From an uncultured Lachnospiraceae bacterium (GTDB lineage: Bacteria; Bacillota; Clostridia; Lachnospirales; Lachnospiraceae): a DNA stretch of 64,000 nt. Positions 10,663-20,908 of the stretch are shown here, piece by piece. Position numbers and translations under genes: made by a program. The notes beneath the pieces were generated by a model. The model did no database searches, was not told where the DNA came from, and saw nothing but the letters and a program-made list of their open reading frames with translations. Each line of letters starts with the position of its first letter. The first letter of the stretch is position 1. The stretch spans positions 8,137 to 72,136 of the forward strand of contig CATJIO010000174.1 of the NCBI GenBank assembly GCA_949740725.1. The letters run 5' to 3'.

Positions 10663-11454
10663 TTATGGGGAAATCCCGGCAGCTTCCATAGCGCTTAAGA
10701 AGGATGCCTTATCTCTGCTGGCGATTAACTCCTGAGGGAAGTGGATTTCCTCCAGCACTTGGGCCACCTGATCAAACCGCCCAATTTTACAAGAAATATG
10801 GGCATCGCTGGCCACGGATACCGGCACGCCCAGCTCCCCACACCGCAGGGCGATGGCCCGGCAGCGCTTTATGGCATCTGGGGAGCTCTTATCAAAGCTG
10901 TGTTCATTCAGCTCGATTAATTTATGCTTTTCTTTGGCGGCGAGAAGCACTGGATCCAGCTCAAAGGGAATGCCAGATCGGCCGATGTGGCCCAGGATCA
11001 GCACCTTCCGGTTATCCATGGCCTTGATATACATCTCCGTAGTCTGAGCCAGAGAAGCTTCTGCAGTAAATGACTTTCCATGAATACTTGCAATCACGAA
11101 ATTCATCTTAGAACAGATAAATTCATCCAGATCCTGGATATGCTTGTATTTCATCCCGACAATATTTTCTGTAACCGGGATGTGATGGCCGAATAAATGC
11201 CCATCCAGGTCCACGATATCTGCTTCGCAGCCGTGGAGCAGCCTTACTCCATACCAGACTTCCGGCAGAGTGGCCTGGTTAAATAAGTATTGGAAATGCT
11301 TAATATGCACTTCCGGATACAACATGTCACTGAAATGATCGGTAATCGCCAGCAATTCCAAACCTTGAGCCGCAGCCTCCCGCACATTCTCCTCTATTGT
11401 GGAATAGGCGTGGCGGGAATACAAGGAGTGGGTGTGGGTGTCACATTTTAGCAT
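10663..11454 (-). CDS. PHP-domain phosphatase (YcdX-like)
   Basis: DTHTHS..S.HAYST, ITDH, ASIH, LGH, ELNEHS, SDAH. Confidence 0.85.
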   Translation of the reverse strand: MLKCDTHTHSLYSRHAYSTIEENVREAAAQGLELLAITDHFSDMLYPEVHIKHFQYLFNQATLPEVWYGVRLLHGCEADIVDLDGHLFGHHIPVTENIVGMKYKHIQDLDEFICSKMNFVIASIHGKSFTAEASLAQTTEMYIKAMDNRKVLILGHIGRSGIPFELDPVLLAAKEKHKLIELNEHSFDKSSPDAIKRCRAIALRCGELGVPVSVASDAHISCKIGRFDQVAQVLEEIHFPQELIASRDKASFLSAMEAAGISP

Positions 11455-11600
11455 GGATAAACTCCTTTCAACGGGGAAACTATAGTTCCTCTGTTGCCGC
11501 AGACCGGCAGGGATGGGAACAGCAACGCTTTAAATAAATAAAGCATCTATATTCTAGCACGCTTTCACCCGCTTTTCAATCCTAATTATTTTTATCCGTT

Positions 11601-14600
11601 TTACCCCTTTAAGATCTCCAACAGTTCTTCTTTGGTGGCCAGGGTGTCCTTTAAACTTCCTTCGGAGATGATCTCATCCGAGAGCTGAGCCTTTTGCTCC
11701 TGGAGCTTTTGAATCTTTTCTTCCAGGGTATTTTTCATCAAAAGTTTGTATACCGTCACCACCTGCTTCTGGCCAATGCGGTGGGCGCGATCGGTGGCCT
11801 GATTCTGAGCGGCCATATTCCACCAGGGATCAAAGTGAATCACAATGCTGGCGGCGGTAAGATTTAATCCAGTTCCTCCGGCTTTTAGCGAGATCAAAAA
11901 TACCGGGGTCTTATCCTGATTAAAATCCGCTGCCATCTGGGCCCGTTTTTCCTTGGAGGTACTGCCGGTGAGCATGTAGTAAGGGATCCCTTCCTTGGAA
12001 AGCCGCGCCGCGATAATGTCTAAGGCGGTGGTAAACTGGGAGAATAAGAGAAGCTGATTCTTCCCTGCCACTGCGCTTTTGATTAATTCTATACAGGTAT
12101 CGACTTTCGCCGCCTCCCCGGTATAGTTTTCATAGACCATTGCCGGATCGCAACAGAGCTGCCGTAACTTGGTCAGTTCTGCCAGAATCTGCAGCTTGCC
12201 AGTGCAAAACTCCTCCTGGCTTTGCTGGCTGAGGGATGCTAGGAGCTGCTGCAGATTTGCATCATAAAGCTTTCTCTGCTCTCCCCCCATTTGGGAATAG
12301 ACAACCTTTTCGATCTTATCTGGAAGCTCCTTTAATACCTGAGACTTTACCCGGCGGAGGATATAGGGGCGGATCATCTTTTTTAGCCGTGTGGAGGCGC
12401 GTTCATCTTGATTAGAGGTGATGGGTTGCTCATAATTATCCCGAAACCGTTTATTGGAGTTTAAGATTCCTGGCATCAGGAAATCAAAGATGCTCCACAG
12501 CTCGCTTAAGGAATTTTCAATGGGCGTCCCGGTGAGGGCAAACCGCTGGGCACATTTCAAGGCCTTTACCGACTTAGCGGCCTGGGTGGTATAGTTCTTG
12601 ATATTCTGGGCTTCATCGATGATCACGTTCTGGAAGGAGATGGTTTCGTAGGCTTCTAAATCCCGTTTTAACAGATCGTAGGAGGTAATAAGCACATCGC
12701 CCATTCCTCCATGAATCTTTTCCCGGCGGCAGGCGGCACTTCCGGTCACGGTCACGGTCTCCAGCTCAGGGGCGAATCGCCTGATTTCACTTTCCCAGTT
12801 ATAGACCAGGGAAGCTGGACAGACGATCAGCCCCAGATATGGGGAGGAATTCCCCGCTGCCTTTTTCTGGGCCAGCAGGTAGGTAATGGCCTGTACCGTC
12901 TTCCCCAGCCCCATGTCATCGGCCAGGATGCCGCAAAAGCCCAGCTGCTTTAAAGTCATCATCCATCGAAAGCCAAATTTCTGATATGGGCGGAGCTGAG
13001 TATTCAGCCCGTCAGGCACCTCGAAGTCACTGTTTTCCACATTTTTCATTTCCCTGAGGAGGGCTTTAAAATTCTGATCCCGCTTTACCTGAAGATCTCC
13101 TTCATTTTCCCGCAATATCTGATCAAAATAGAAAGAACGGTAACCAGGGACGGTGAGATGGCCTTGGGCCAGCTGCTTTCCCGTCAGTTCCAACCCCTCC
13201 GCCATCTCCGCCACCGCTGCCAGGGCATTATCCTCCAGACGAAGAAAGGCGCCGTCGGCTAGACGGTAAAATTTCCGTTTTCGGCGATAGCTCTGAAGGA
13301 TGGCCTCCAGCTCTGATGCAGGCAGCTGTCCAGTCTCCAGATTCACATCCAGCAATCCGGTCTTCATAGTAATCCCGATTTTGAACTTTGGGGCTGGAAG
13401 GATCTGGATCCGTTTCAGGCGGTCAGAAATCATCACCTCGCCCAGGTGCTGAAGAGTGGAAATCCCTTGACTTAACAGAAGATATACCAGCTCTTCATCT
13501 TCCTCGGACAGCCGGTACAAATTTTGTATCTGGTCCACAGAGGAAAAGAAGTGGCCCAGGGTATCGATCAGGGTACGTTCTTTCTGGAAATCCCGATGCA
13601 TCTGGCTTACCGTGAGCTCTTCAATAGGATTATAGCTGCTTTCTCCGTAGAAGCAAAGGGGGGCGGCGGTAATTTCACCATTTTGCCGATCCAGATAGAC
13701 TTGAATCTGGCAGGGCTGAGGCTCATACCGGGCAAATTCCTCCGGGATCTGGCAGCTGGTGCATTGCTTCAGCACCGGCAGCACGGAACTGCAGAAGGCG
13801 CGGACATCATTGGGATGGATAAAATACGTCTTCTTCTTTCCTAAAAACAGCTCCCCTATACCCCTTATTTGCTGGGAAAAATCAGGGCTGCACAGGTAGA
13901 TGACACCTGCCATACCGATGCAGAGACGGCTGCTTCCGGAAAACACTTCCGCGGCTGGGACCGACAGCTGGTAACTGCCATCCTTTTCCTCCACAGTAAC
14001 CGGAATCCGGGGATTCTGCTCCAGGAAGGCTAGCTGGGAGGATTCTATGCCGCTCACGGCGTAGGCTTCTCCGGCCAGCACCTGGGCAAACTGCACCATC
14101 CATTCTCCGGAAAGCGGCAACTTCCGCTTCGTCAAGGTTTCCACATAATTATAGTAGGAATACTTGTAATGGCTGTAGTAGGAATGGAGCACCTCCTTCT
14201 CGTGGAGAACATACTGCTTCAGCAGGGCAAAAAGCTTCTGGCTTTGAGGGGTAAACACGCTTTGCTCATGATAAAATGCCAGCTTCTTCCCATATTCTAC
14301 CCATTCATGCTGGGCCATAGCCTCCACCATATAGGGAATATTTTTTAAAATATATTTGTGGGAAGCGCCGATCTTAAATTCCACAGTCCAGCGATTATCC
14401 TGTTTATCAAAGAGGGGGATCAGCTCCACCTGGCCAGTCAGCCCTGGCTGCAGATATTGGGCCTTTTCCTTCATGGAGCTAGTATAGATGATATTGGTGA
14501 GAGCGGCATCGGTAGCCTTGGCATAGCTGGTGATTTTTTCTGGAGAGGAAGAGGCATTGCTTCTTCCCTGGCGCTTTTCCATATAGTGAGATTCCAGGGC

Positions 14601-14870
14601 GACGGCAATACAATGTTTACACATTCCAGAGTAGGAATAAAATGCCTCACATTCACACTGGTAACGTTCAAAAACTTCGTTTTCGTGGTTGTAGATCAGA
14701 TTTACCTGGTATTGATTTCCATAGGATCCAGTTACATCCGCGTCCACCTGGGTTCGTTCATGGTCATCCGTGTAATGATACCGAACAATCTTTCCGCTTT
14801 TATAAAGCTGATTTCCTTTGGCGTAGGCAGCGGATTTGGAGATCCTTCGTATGGACGATAAGGTGATCAT
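11601..14870 (-). CDS. SWIM zinc-finger SNF2-family helicase
   Basis: CEC...CKHC SWIM finger, LADDMGLGKT, IIDEAQ, LTGTPIEN, DPWWN, QATDRAHRIGQ; likely start MITLSS at 14870. Confidence 0.9.
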   Translation of the reverse strand: MITLSSIRRISKSAAYAKGNQLYKSGKIVRYHYTDDHERTQVDADVTGSYGNQYQVNLIYNHENEVFERYQCECEAFYSYSGMCKHCIAVALESHYMEKRQGRSNASSSPEKITSYAKATDAALTNIIYTSSMKEKAQYLQPGLTGQVELIPLFDKQDNRWTVEFKIGASHKYILKNIPYMVEAMAQHEWVEYGKKLAFYHEQSVFTPQSQKLFALLKQYVLHEKEVLHSYYSHYKYSYYNYVETLTKRKLPLSGEWMVQFAQVLAGEAYAVSGIESSQLAFLEQNPRIPVTVEEKDGSYQLSVPAAEVFSGSSRLCIGMAGVIYLCSPDFSQQIRGIGELFLGKKKTYFIHPNDVRAFCSSVLPVLKQCTSCQIPEEFARYEPQPCQIQVYLDRQNGEITAAPLCFYGESSYNPIEELTVSQMHRDFQKERTLIDTLGHFFSSVDQIQNLYRLSEEDEELVYLLLSQGISTLQHLGEVMISDRLKRIQILPAPKFKIGITMKTGLLDVNLETGQLPASELEAILQSYRRKRKFYRLADGAFLRLEDNALAAVAEMAEGLELTGKQLAQGHLTVPGYRSFYFDQILRENEGDLQVKRDQNFKALLREMKNVENSDFEVPDGLNTQLRPYQKFGFRWMMTLKQLGFCGILADDMGLGKTVQAITYLLAQKKAAGNSSPYLGLIVCPASLVYNWESEIRRFAPELETVTVTGSAACRREKIHGGMGDVLITSYDLLKRDLEAYETISFQNVIIDEAQNIKNYTTQAAKSVKALKCAQRFALTGTPIENSLSELWSIFDFLMPGILNSNKRFRDNYEQPITSNQDERASTRLKKMIRPYILRRVKSQVLKELPDKIEKVVYSQMGGEQRKLYDANLQQLLASLSQQSQEEFCTGKLQILAELTKLRQLCCDPAMVYENYTGEAAKVDTCIELIKSAVAGKNQLLLFSQFTTALDIIAARLSKEGIPYYMLTGSTSKEKRAQMAADFNQDKTPVFLISLKAGGTGLNLTAASIVIHFDPWWNMAAQNQATDRAHRIGQKQVVTVYKLLMKNTLEEKIQKLQEQKAQLSDEIISEGSLKDTLATKEELLEILKG

Positions 14871-14944
14871 TTCTATCCCTCCCAAGTGAAAAGATGCGTT
14901 AAAAGTTTTCCCGGAACCCTCTGGACGGAGGATTCCGGGAAATG

Positions 14945-16198
14945 TTATCGAATCTGAAAATCCTCCTCCATCTGACATAAGAGAGAGGATAGCCTGCAAT
15001 CAGAAAGAGCAGAGCCATTTTCCTTCATTTGCTTTACTACATTGAAAATAGAGCTGGCAGAGATATACTCCTGGTAAATTTGATTCCCATCCTCCCCAAA
15101 AGTGCCGTCCTGGAAAGCGGAAATCAGCACATCCCACATGGGCCAGTAGTCGGCCAGCTGGGTAGCATAGCAAGTCACAGCCGGCGCGCTGCCCAAGGTG
15201 ATATCGAGTGTCTCGCTGAAAGAGATATCTGGAAACGCATTCTGTGCGCACAGCTCTGGAAGGAAGAGGTAGCACTCCTGAGCCAGGGTAGCGTCACCGA
15301 TGGCTTTTGCCAGCCGATCACGCAGAGAATCGTAGAGCTCCTGGGTATTCGCCTGATGGAATAGCTTTGCCGCCTGGATCACGGCGTTACGAAACTGTTC
15401 CCGTCCCTGGGGGCCGGAATAAGGATAGGGCAGATAAGTGCTCTCCTCCTGGCGGATCAGGAAAAACTGCTTGTGGGATGCAAAGGGCCCATTCTCCCAC
15501 TTTTCCACCAGATGGGCCACCTTCTGGCTTAATTCCTCGCTTTTTTTATCATCGATCCGGCACTCACCAGTAATCTGGCCATTTACCTTCGCGGCATAAA
15601 CCTTGACAAAGCAAAACTCCTGGTTCCCCAATCGCTTGCGGATATCCTCCTTTAGGAGCCTCCAGTACACATCCGGAGCAGACTGGGGGGAATTCCCCAT
15701 CCCCACAATGTTGCTTAAATATACCTGGAAGTCATGGGGGTTTTCTGCAAACTCTGTATGTAAGAGCTTAGGACGGTCATTGCTTTCCATGGCTCCGATT
15801 CCATCCATCAAAGAGAACAGGAAGGATCCCACGGCCATGGCGAAGGCCTGCTTTAAGTCTGTTCCCATACCGGCGGAGCACTCGTAGATTTCTTTTCCCC
15901 ATACCGGGAAATACAGGTAAATGTCCAGTACTACGCTGGTATGGGTGATCTGGCTGATCTGAGGGGTAATGGCGACCTTCCACTCTGGGATATGGATGCA
16001 GTCCTCATCGTCGCCTACTGTGTCCGGCACCTCGAATCCATGGTGGAGAACGCCGTGGAGAAGATATTTTTGGATGTATGGGGTCAGCTCTGTGTAGCTG
16101 CGTTCTTCCTCGGGAATATCCAGGATGGCATCGATGATTTCCTGATATTTGTTCTTTTGACACAGTGATTCCAGGGCTTCCTGATATTTGGGTTCCAT
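14945..16198 (-). CDS. Conserved hypothetical protein, DUF6348-like
   Basis: Long ORF with GGAGG RBS before MEPKYQ (16198); family call from recalled resemblance only. Confidence 0.5.
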   Translation of the reverse strand: MEPKYQEALESLCQKNKYQEIIDAILDIPEEERSYTELTPYIQKYLLHGVLHHGFEVPDTVGDDEDCIHIPEWKVAITPQISQITHTSVVLDIYLYFPVWGKEIYECSAGMGTDLKQAFAMAVGSFLFSLMDGIGAMESNDRPKLLHTEFAENPHDFQVYLSNIVGMGNSPQSAPDVYWRLLKEDIRKRLGNQEFCFVKVYAAKVNGQITGECRIDDKKSEELSQKVAHLVEKWENGPFASHKQFFLIRQEESTYLPYPYSGPQGREQFRNAVIQAAKLFHQANTQELYDSLRDRLAKAIGDATLAQECYLFLPELCAQNAFPDISFSETLDITLGSAPAVTCYATQLADYWPMWDVLISAFQDGTFGEDGNQIYQEYISASSIFNVVKQMKENGSALSDCRLSSLLCQMEEDFQIR

Positions 16199-16619
16199 AA
16201 TGCTTCCTCCTGATTTGGTGGTTTTATTCTGGGAGATGAATATTTCTGTGCTTCCTGTCACTTTATAGTATCATAGACAGGGGGAGCATTCAATCCTTTT
16301 TGGAGGATGAGGGGATATTTTGTTAAGTCTTTTTTTACCTAGATTACCTTAATGATTGATGTTTCCATGGATGTTCTGTACAATGAAAAAAGAAACCTAA
16401 CTTTTTGTAAGGTGGAGAGGAAAGGAGGGAAGGGAAAATTAGGAAGAAAATCAAACAAAAAGTTTGCTTTTAGTATAAAATAGATGAAAATATTGTGGAA
16501 TATATACATGATACTAACAATAAATACCACATAATTCACAAAAACATAAAAACATTACAAAAAGTCTTTACGGATAACAAAAAGTATGGTATTCTATAAC
16601 CAGTAAAGGAAAGGGAAAG

Positions 16620-17282
16620 ATGAAGGAATTAAAACAAGAAAAAGAGTTTTTGACACAGCTGATGGATATGCTGGAACAGCAGATGGGCCCTCATACAGAG
16701 ATTGTTCTCCATGACCTGAAGAAGGATTATGCTACGACCATCGTGGATATCCGCAATGGCCATGTGACTGGACGGAAGGTTGGGGGGACTGGGAGTAATC
16801 TGGGACTGGAGGTTTTACAGGGGACGGTGAAGGATGGCAATCGGTTTAACTATGTTACCCGATTAAAGGATAACCGGATGCTTCGCTCCTCGTCCTTGTA
16901 TATTGAAGATGATGAGGGGAACCTGATCGGATGCCTTTGTGTGAATACGGATATTACTGAGAGCATCAAGCTGGAGAATTACTTAAAGGAGATTAATCAG
17001 TACGACATAAGCCCGGCGGATAAGCAGGAGGTCTTTGTCACAGAGGTTAATCAGCTTTTGGAATATCTTCTCCAGGAGGGACAAAAGATCGTAGGGAAGC
17101 CGGCCTGTGTGATGAACCGTGAGGAGAAGCTCCAGTTTCTGAAATATTTAAACGATAAGGGGGCATTTCTCATTACAAAATCCGGGGAACGAATCCAATC
17201 GTTTTTAGGGATCTCCAAATATACCATGTATACCTATCTGGATATCATTAAGAAGGAAGAGGCAGGATCAAAAACTGAATAA
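16620..17282 (+). CDS. YheO/DauR-type PAS-HTH transcriptional regulator
   Basis: EIVLHDL, IRNGHVTGRKVGG, LRSSSLYI, GCLCVN, GAFLITKS, GISKYTMYTYL. Confidence 0.88.
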   Translation: MKELKQEKEFLTQLMDMLEQQMGPHTEIVLHDLKKDYATTIVDIRNGHVTGRKVGGTGSNLGLEVLQGTVKDGNRFNYVTRLKDNRMLRSSSLYIEDDEGNLIGCLCVNTDITESIKLENYLKEINQYDISPADKQEVFVTEVNQLLEYLLQEGQKIVGKPACVMNREEKLQFLKYLNDKGAFLITKSGERIQSFLGISKYTMYTYLDIIKKEEAGSKTE

Positions 17283-17509
17283 GCAGCAGTAATGGATGCA
17301 GCACAATAAAATACACCGGATGATAAGTTCTTTCTTGAGAATATTAGAGAAGGTGTATTTTTTGTACCCAAAATAGGCACGATCTTTACTGTGGAGGGCT
17401 AAATCAATGTTATTGTCGCAATGAGCTGAATAGTAGGAAAGGGGAGGCGATTTTGACTGACGCTGGAAGATCAAGGAGCAAATAGAAGAAGGGACAAGGG
17501 AGGTTACGC

Positions 17510-18271
17510 ATGAAAAAATTAGAAGGAAAAATTACGGTAATGACAGGGGCTGGCTGCGGATATGGGATGAGCAGCGGGTTTCCGAGAATTTTTGCCAGGG
17601 AGGGCTCTCATCTGGTGCTGAATTATTTTAAACAGGATGAGGATGGGATGAGGGCATTTCAAGAGGAGTTAGAGAATCTGGGGGTGAATGTGGTTCTGGT
17701 AGAGGGAGATATCTCAGAGGAGTCAGTGGCAAAAAGGCTGATCGACCAGGCTGTGGAGCGGTTTGGCCGTATTGATGTGCTGATTAACTGCGCGGGGATT
17801 TCGAATCCAAAGCTTCTTACCGACATCACTACAGAAGAATGGAACCGTATGATCGCGGTGGACTTAACCAGCAATTATTTTACCTGTAAATACGCGGTTC
17901 CGGTGATGATCCGTCAGAAATTCGGGCGAATCATTAATATCGCCTCCCAGGTGGGGCAAAAGGGAAGTGTGGAGCACTGCCATTATGCGGCGGCTAAGGC
18001 GGGGGTGATTGGGTTTACCAAATCCCTGGCAAGGGAAGTGGGAAAATTCAATATTACCGCCAACTGCATCGCCCCTGGCCCGATTGAGACACAGCTGATG
18101 GGAGTGGTGAGTGATGAATGGAGGAAAAATAAGGAGGCAGAGCTGGTGCTTCCAAGATTTGGGGAGTTGGAGGAGATCCTTCCCACAGCAGTATTCCTGG
18201 CAGCAGAGCCGGATGGAAATCTGTATACAGGGCAGACTTTGGGACCGAATCTTGGGGATGTGATGTATTAA
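17510..18271 (+). CDS. Short-chain dehydrogenase/reductase
   Basis: TGAGCGYGM glycine motif, NCAG, catalytic YAAAK, IAPGPIET. Confidence 0.88.
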   Translation: MKKLEGKITVMTGAGCGYGMSSGFPRIFAREGSHLVLNYFKQDEDGMRAFQEELENLGVNVVLVEGDISEESVAKRLIDQAVERFGRIDVLINCAGISNPKLLTDITTEEWNRMIAVDLTSNYFTCKYAVPVMIRQKFGRIINIASQVGQKGSVEHCHYAAAKAGVIGFTKSLAREVGKFNITANCIAPGPIETQLMGVVSDEWRKNKEAELVLPRFGELEEILPTAVFLAAEPDGNLYTGQTLGPNLGDVMY

Positions 18272-18327
18272 GAGTATCGAGGATGCTGAGTGGCAGGGAT
18301 GGAGGCGGAAAGGAGCTGGGCAATGAG

Positions 18328-19863
18328 ATGAAGGAATATTTACTGGAGACCAGAGGAATATCAAAGTCTTTCAGCACAGTGAAGGTGTTGGATGGGATTG
18401 ACTTGAAGATAAAGAGAGGAGAGGTTCATGCCCTGCTAGGGGAAAATGGAGCGGGGAAGTCCACATTGATGAAGATATTAACCGGGGTATTGGAGCCGGA
18501 TGGGGGAGAGATTTTGTATGAGGGAAAACCGCTGCATATCCGTCATCCCAGGGAAATTTATGATTACGGTATCGGTATTGTCTATCAGGAATTTAATCTT
18601 CTCCCGGATCTGACTGTGGCGGAGAATATTTTTATCGGAAGAGAGCCGGCGCTTCCGCTGAAGGGATTTATCAATGACAGGCGGCTGAATCGGGATGCAG
18701 CCAACCTGCTGGAGCAGTTAAACTGTTCTTCTATATCGCCGGGCCGGAAGGTAGCCACCTTAAGTGTGGCCCAGCAGCAGATGGTGGAGATTGGGAAGGC
18801 GCTGTCCTCCAACTGCCGGCTGCTGATTATGGACGAACCTACAGCGGCCTTAACGGATTCTGAGATTGAGACATTGTTTGATACCATACGGAGGCTGAAA
18901 GCCAGCGGAGTGGCGATTATTTATATTTCTCACCGTATGAGCGACTTAGATGCCATTGTGGATCGGGTTACGGTGCTGCGGGATGGTAAGTTAATATCCG
19001 AACGGAAGTACGACTGTACGTTAAAGGACTTGCTGATCCAGGAAATGGTGGGAAGGGAACTGAATCAGAAGTTCCCGCCCAGGCCGGATTACAAGAGAGG
19101 GAAGAAAACCCTGGAGGTAAAGGGGCTAAATGTAGCGGACAAGCTATTTGATATTCATTTCCAGGCTTACGAGGGGGAAATATTAGGGATTGCCGGATTA
19201 ATGGGAGCCGGCCGGACCGAGCTGGCCAGGGCGATCTTTGGGGCAGAGAGGATTACCTCGGGAGAAATATGGATTGATGGGGTGCGAAAGCAGATCACTT
19301 CTCCCAATAAAGCCATAGCAGAAGGAATTGGTTATATCACCGAGGACAGGAAAAAAGACGGGCTGATGCTGGAGCAGACCCTTCGGGATAATATTTCCGC
19401 AGCCAGCTTGGATCAATTCAGCAGGAATGGATGGGTAAAGGATTATCAGGTGGAGGCAGCAGCGGAGGAATATATCCGGAAGATGCGGATTAAGACGAGA
19501 GGAAGCGGACAGCTGGCGAAAACCTTGTCCGGAGGTAATCAGCAAAAGGTGATTCTTGCCCGCTGGCTTTGCCGCAAATCCCGGATTTTAATCCTGGATG
19601 AGCCCACCAGAGGGATTGATGTAAATGCCAAGTATGAGATTTACGAGCTGATGTACCAGCTGGTAGGCCAGGGGGTGACCGTGATTATGATCTCTTCGGA
19701 GCTCCCGGAGATCATCGGCATGAGTGACCGTGTGCTGGTGATGTGTGAGGGAAAGATTACTGGCGAGTTGGCAGCAGTTGAGTTGGAACAGGATAAAATC
19801 CTGCGATATGCAATGGCAAATGGAATGAAAGATAGTGGTTCATCGCCGGTGGGGCGTGAATAG
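18328..19863 (+). CDS. Sugar/nucleoside (CUT2, RbsA-like) ABC transporter ATPase
   Basis: GENGAGKST, two ABC domains, EDRKKDGL, LSGGNQQK, DEPTRGID. Confidence 0.92.
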   Translation: MKEYLLETRGISKSFSTVKVLDGIDLKIKRGEVHALLGENGAGKSTLMKILTGVLEPDGGEILYEGKPLHIRHPREIYDYGIGIVYQEFNLLPDLTVAENIFIGREPALPLKGFINDRRLNRDAANLLEQLNCSSISPGRKVATLSVAQQQMVEIGKALSSNCRLLIMDEPTAALTDSEIETLFDTIRRLKASGVAIIYISHRMSDLDAIVDRVTVLRDGKLISERKYDCTLKDLLIQEMVGRELNQKFPPRPDYKRGKKTLEVKGLNVADKLFDIHFQAYEGEILGIAGLMGAGRTELARAIFGAERITSGEIWIDGVRKQITSPNKAIAEGIGYITEDRKKDGLMLEQTLRDNISAASLDQFSRNGWVKDYQVEAAAEEYIRKMRIKTRGSGQLAKTLSGGNQQKVILARWLCRKSRILILDEPTRGIDVNAKYEIYELMYQLVGQGVTVIMISSELPEIIGMSDRVLVMCEGKITGELAAVELEQDKILRYAMANGMKDSGSSPVGRE

Positions 19864-19893
19864 CAAGAGAAAGCAAAGGATATGGAGTAGGCT

Positions 19894-20847
19894 ATGGACG
19901 TAAAATTCAATAAAAAGGAACGGAATACGCAGATTTTATTTACCTTAATGGGGCTTCTCATACTATGTATCTTTTTTTCGATAACAACAGAGAGCTTCCT
20001 GACTCAGCGGAATTTATTAAATATCGCGACACAGACCTCGGTGGCAGTGATTGTCGCCATCGCGGAAACTTACATTATTGCCAGCGGGTGTATTGATCTG
20101 TCTGTGGGCTCTGGGGTGGCCTTTTCCGGGTTGATTGCGGCTACGGCGATGAAGGCGGGGATGCCAGTACCCTTGGCCATGCTTCTGGCGCTGATGACCG
20201 GTATGATGCTGGGGGCGGTGAATGCCTTTGTGATTACCGTGCTAGGCATTGTCCCCTTTATCGCGACCTTGGGTACCAATAGCATTTTCCGGGGAATTGT
20301 GCTGGTCATTATGGATGGAGTGCCGATGTCCGGATTAAAAAGTGAATTTACCTGGATAGGCTCCGGAAAGCTCTTTGGATGGCTTCCATGGGCAGTGATT
20401 TTTATGGCCGTGATCGCGGTGGTTATGGCGGTTCTGCTGAAAAAGAGTAAATTCGGCCGTTATGTCTACGCCATTGGAAGCAATGAGCAGGCGGCGTTTT
20501 TATCGGGAATCCCGGTAAAGAAAATCAAGGTAATGAATTATATTATCAGTGGCGCTCTGGTAGCCTTTGCCGGGATGCTCCTGGCGGCCAGAGTTTCCTC
20601 AGCAGCCCCCACAGCAGGTGAGCTGTATGAGACCAATGCTATCGCAGCCTCTGTCATCGGCGGGGCAAGTCTCACTGGAGGAAAGGGCAGTATTGCGGGA
20701 ACCATTGTGGGAGCCTTTATTATCGGTGTGCTGAGCAATGGATTGAATCTGATCGGACTGAATTATTTCTGGCAGCAGGTAGCCATCGGCGTGGTGATCA
20801 TTGCCGCGGTATTCCTGGAGGTGGTTCGGGAACGGTTAAAGAAGTAA
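19894..20847 (+). CDS. RbsC-like ABC transporter permease
   Basis: IDLSVGS, PFIATLG, GRYVYAIGSNEQAA, IAASVIGGASLTGGKG. Confidence 0.92.
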   Translation: MDVKFNKKERNTQILFTLMGLLILCIFFSITTESFLTQRNLLNIATQTSVAVIVAIAETYIIASGCIDLSVGSGVAFSGLIAATAMKAGMPVPLAMLLALMTGMMLGAVNAFVITVLGIVPFIATLGTNSIFRGIVLVIMDGVPMSGLKSEFTWIGSGKLFGWLPWAVIFMAVIAVVMAVLLKKSKFGRYVYAIGSNEQAAFLSGIPVKKIKVMNYIISGALVAFAGMLLAARVSSAAPTAGELYETNAIAASVIGGASLTGGKGSIAGTIVGAFIIGVLSNGLNLIGLNYFWQQVAIGVVIIAAVFLEVVRERLKK

Positions 20848-20908
20848 CGTTGATTCTGGGGCGCCGCCTGGACGGCGGCTGCCAGAAAGAAAAATATAAA
20901 GGAGAAGA

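Noticed and set aside
11601-14870. Anti-phage defence helicase
   Set aside because: Ordinary SWIM-SNF2 architecture with no methylase, nuclease or other defence partner nearby
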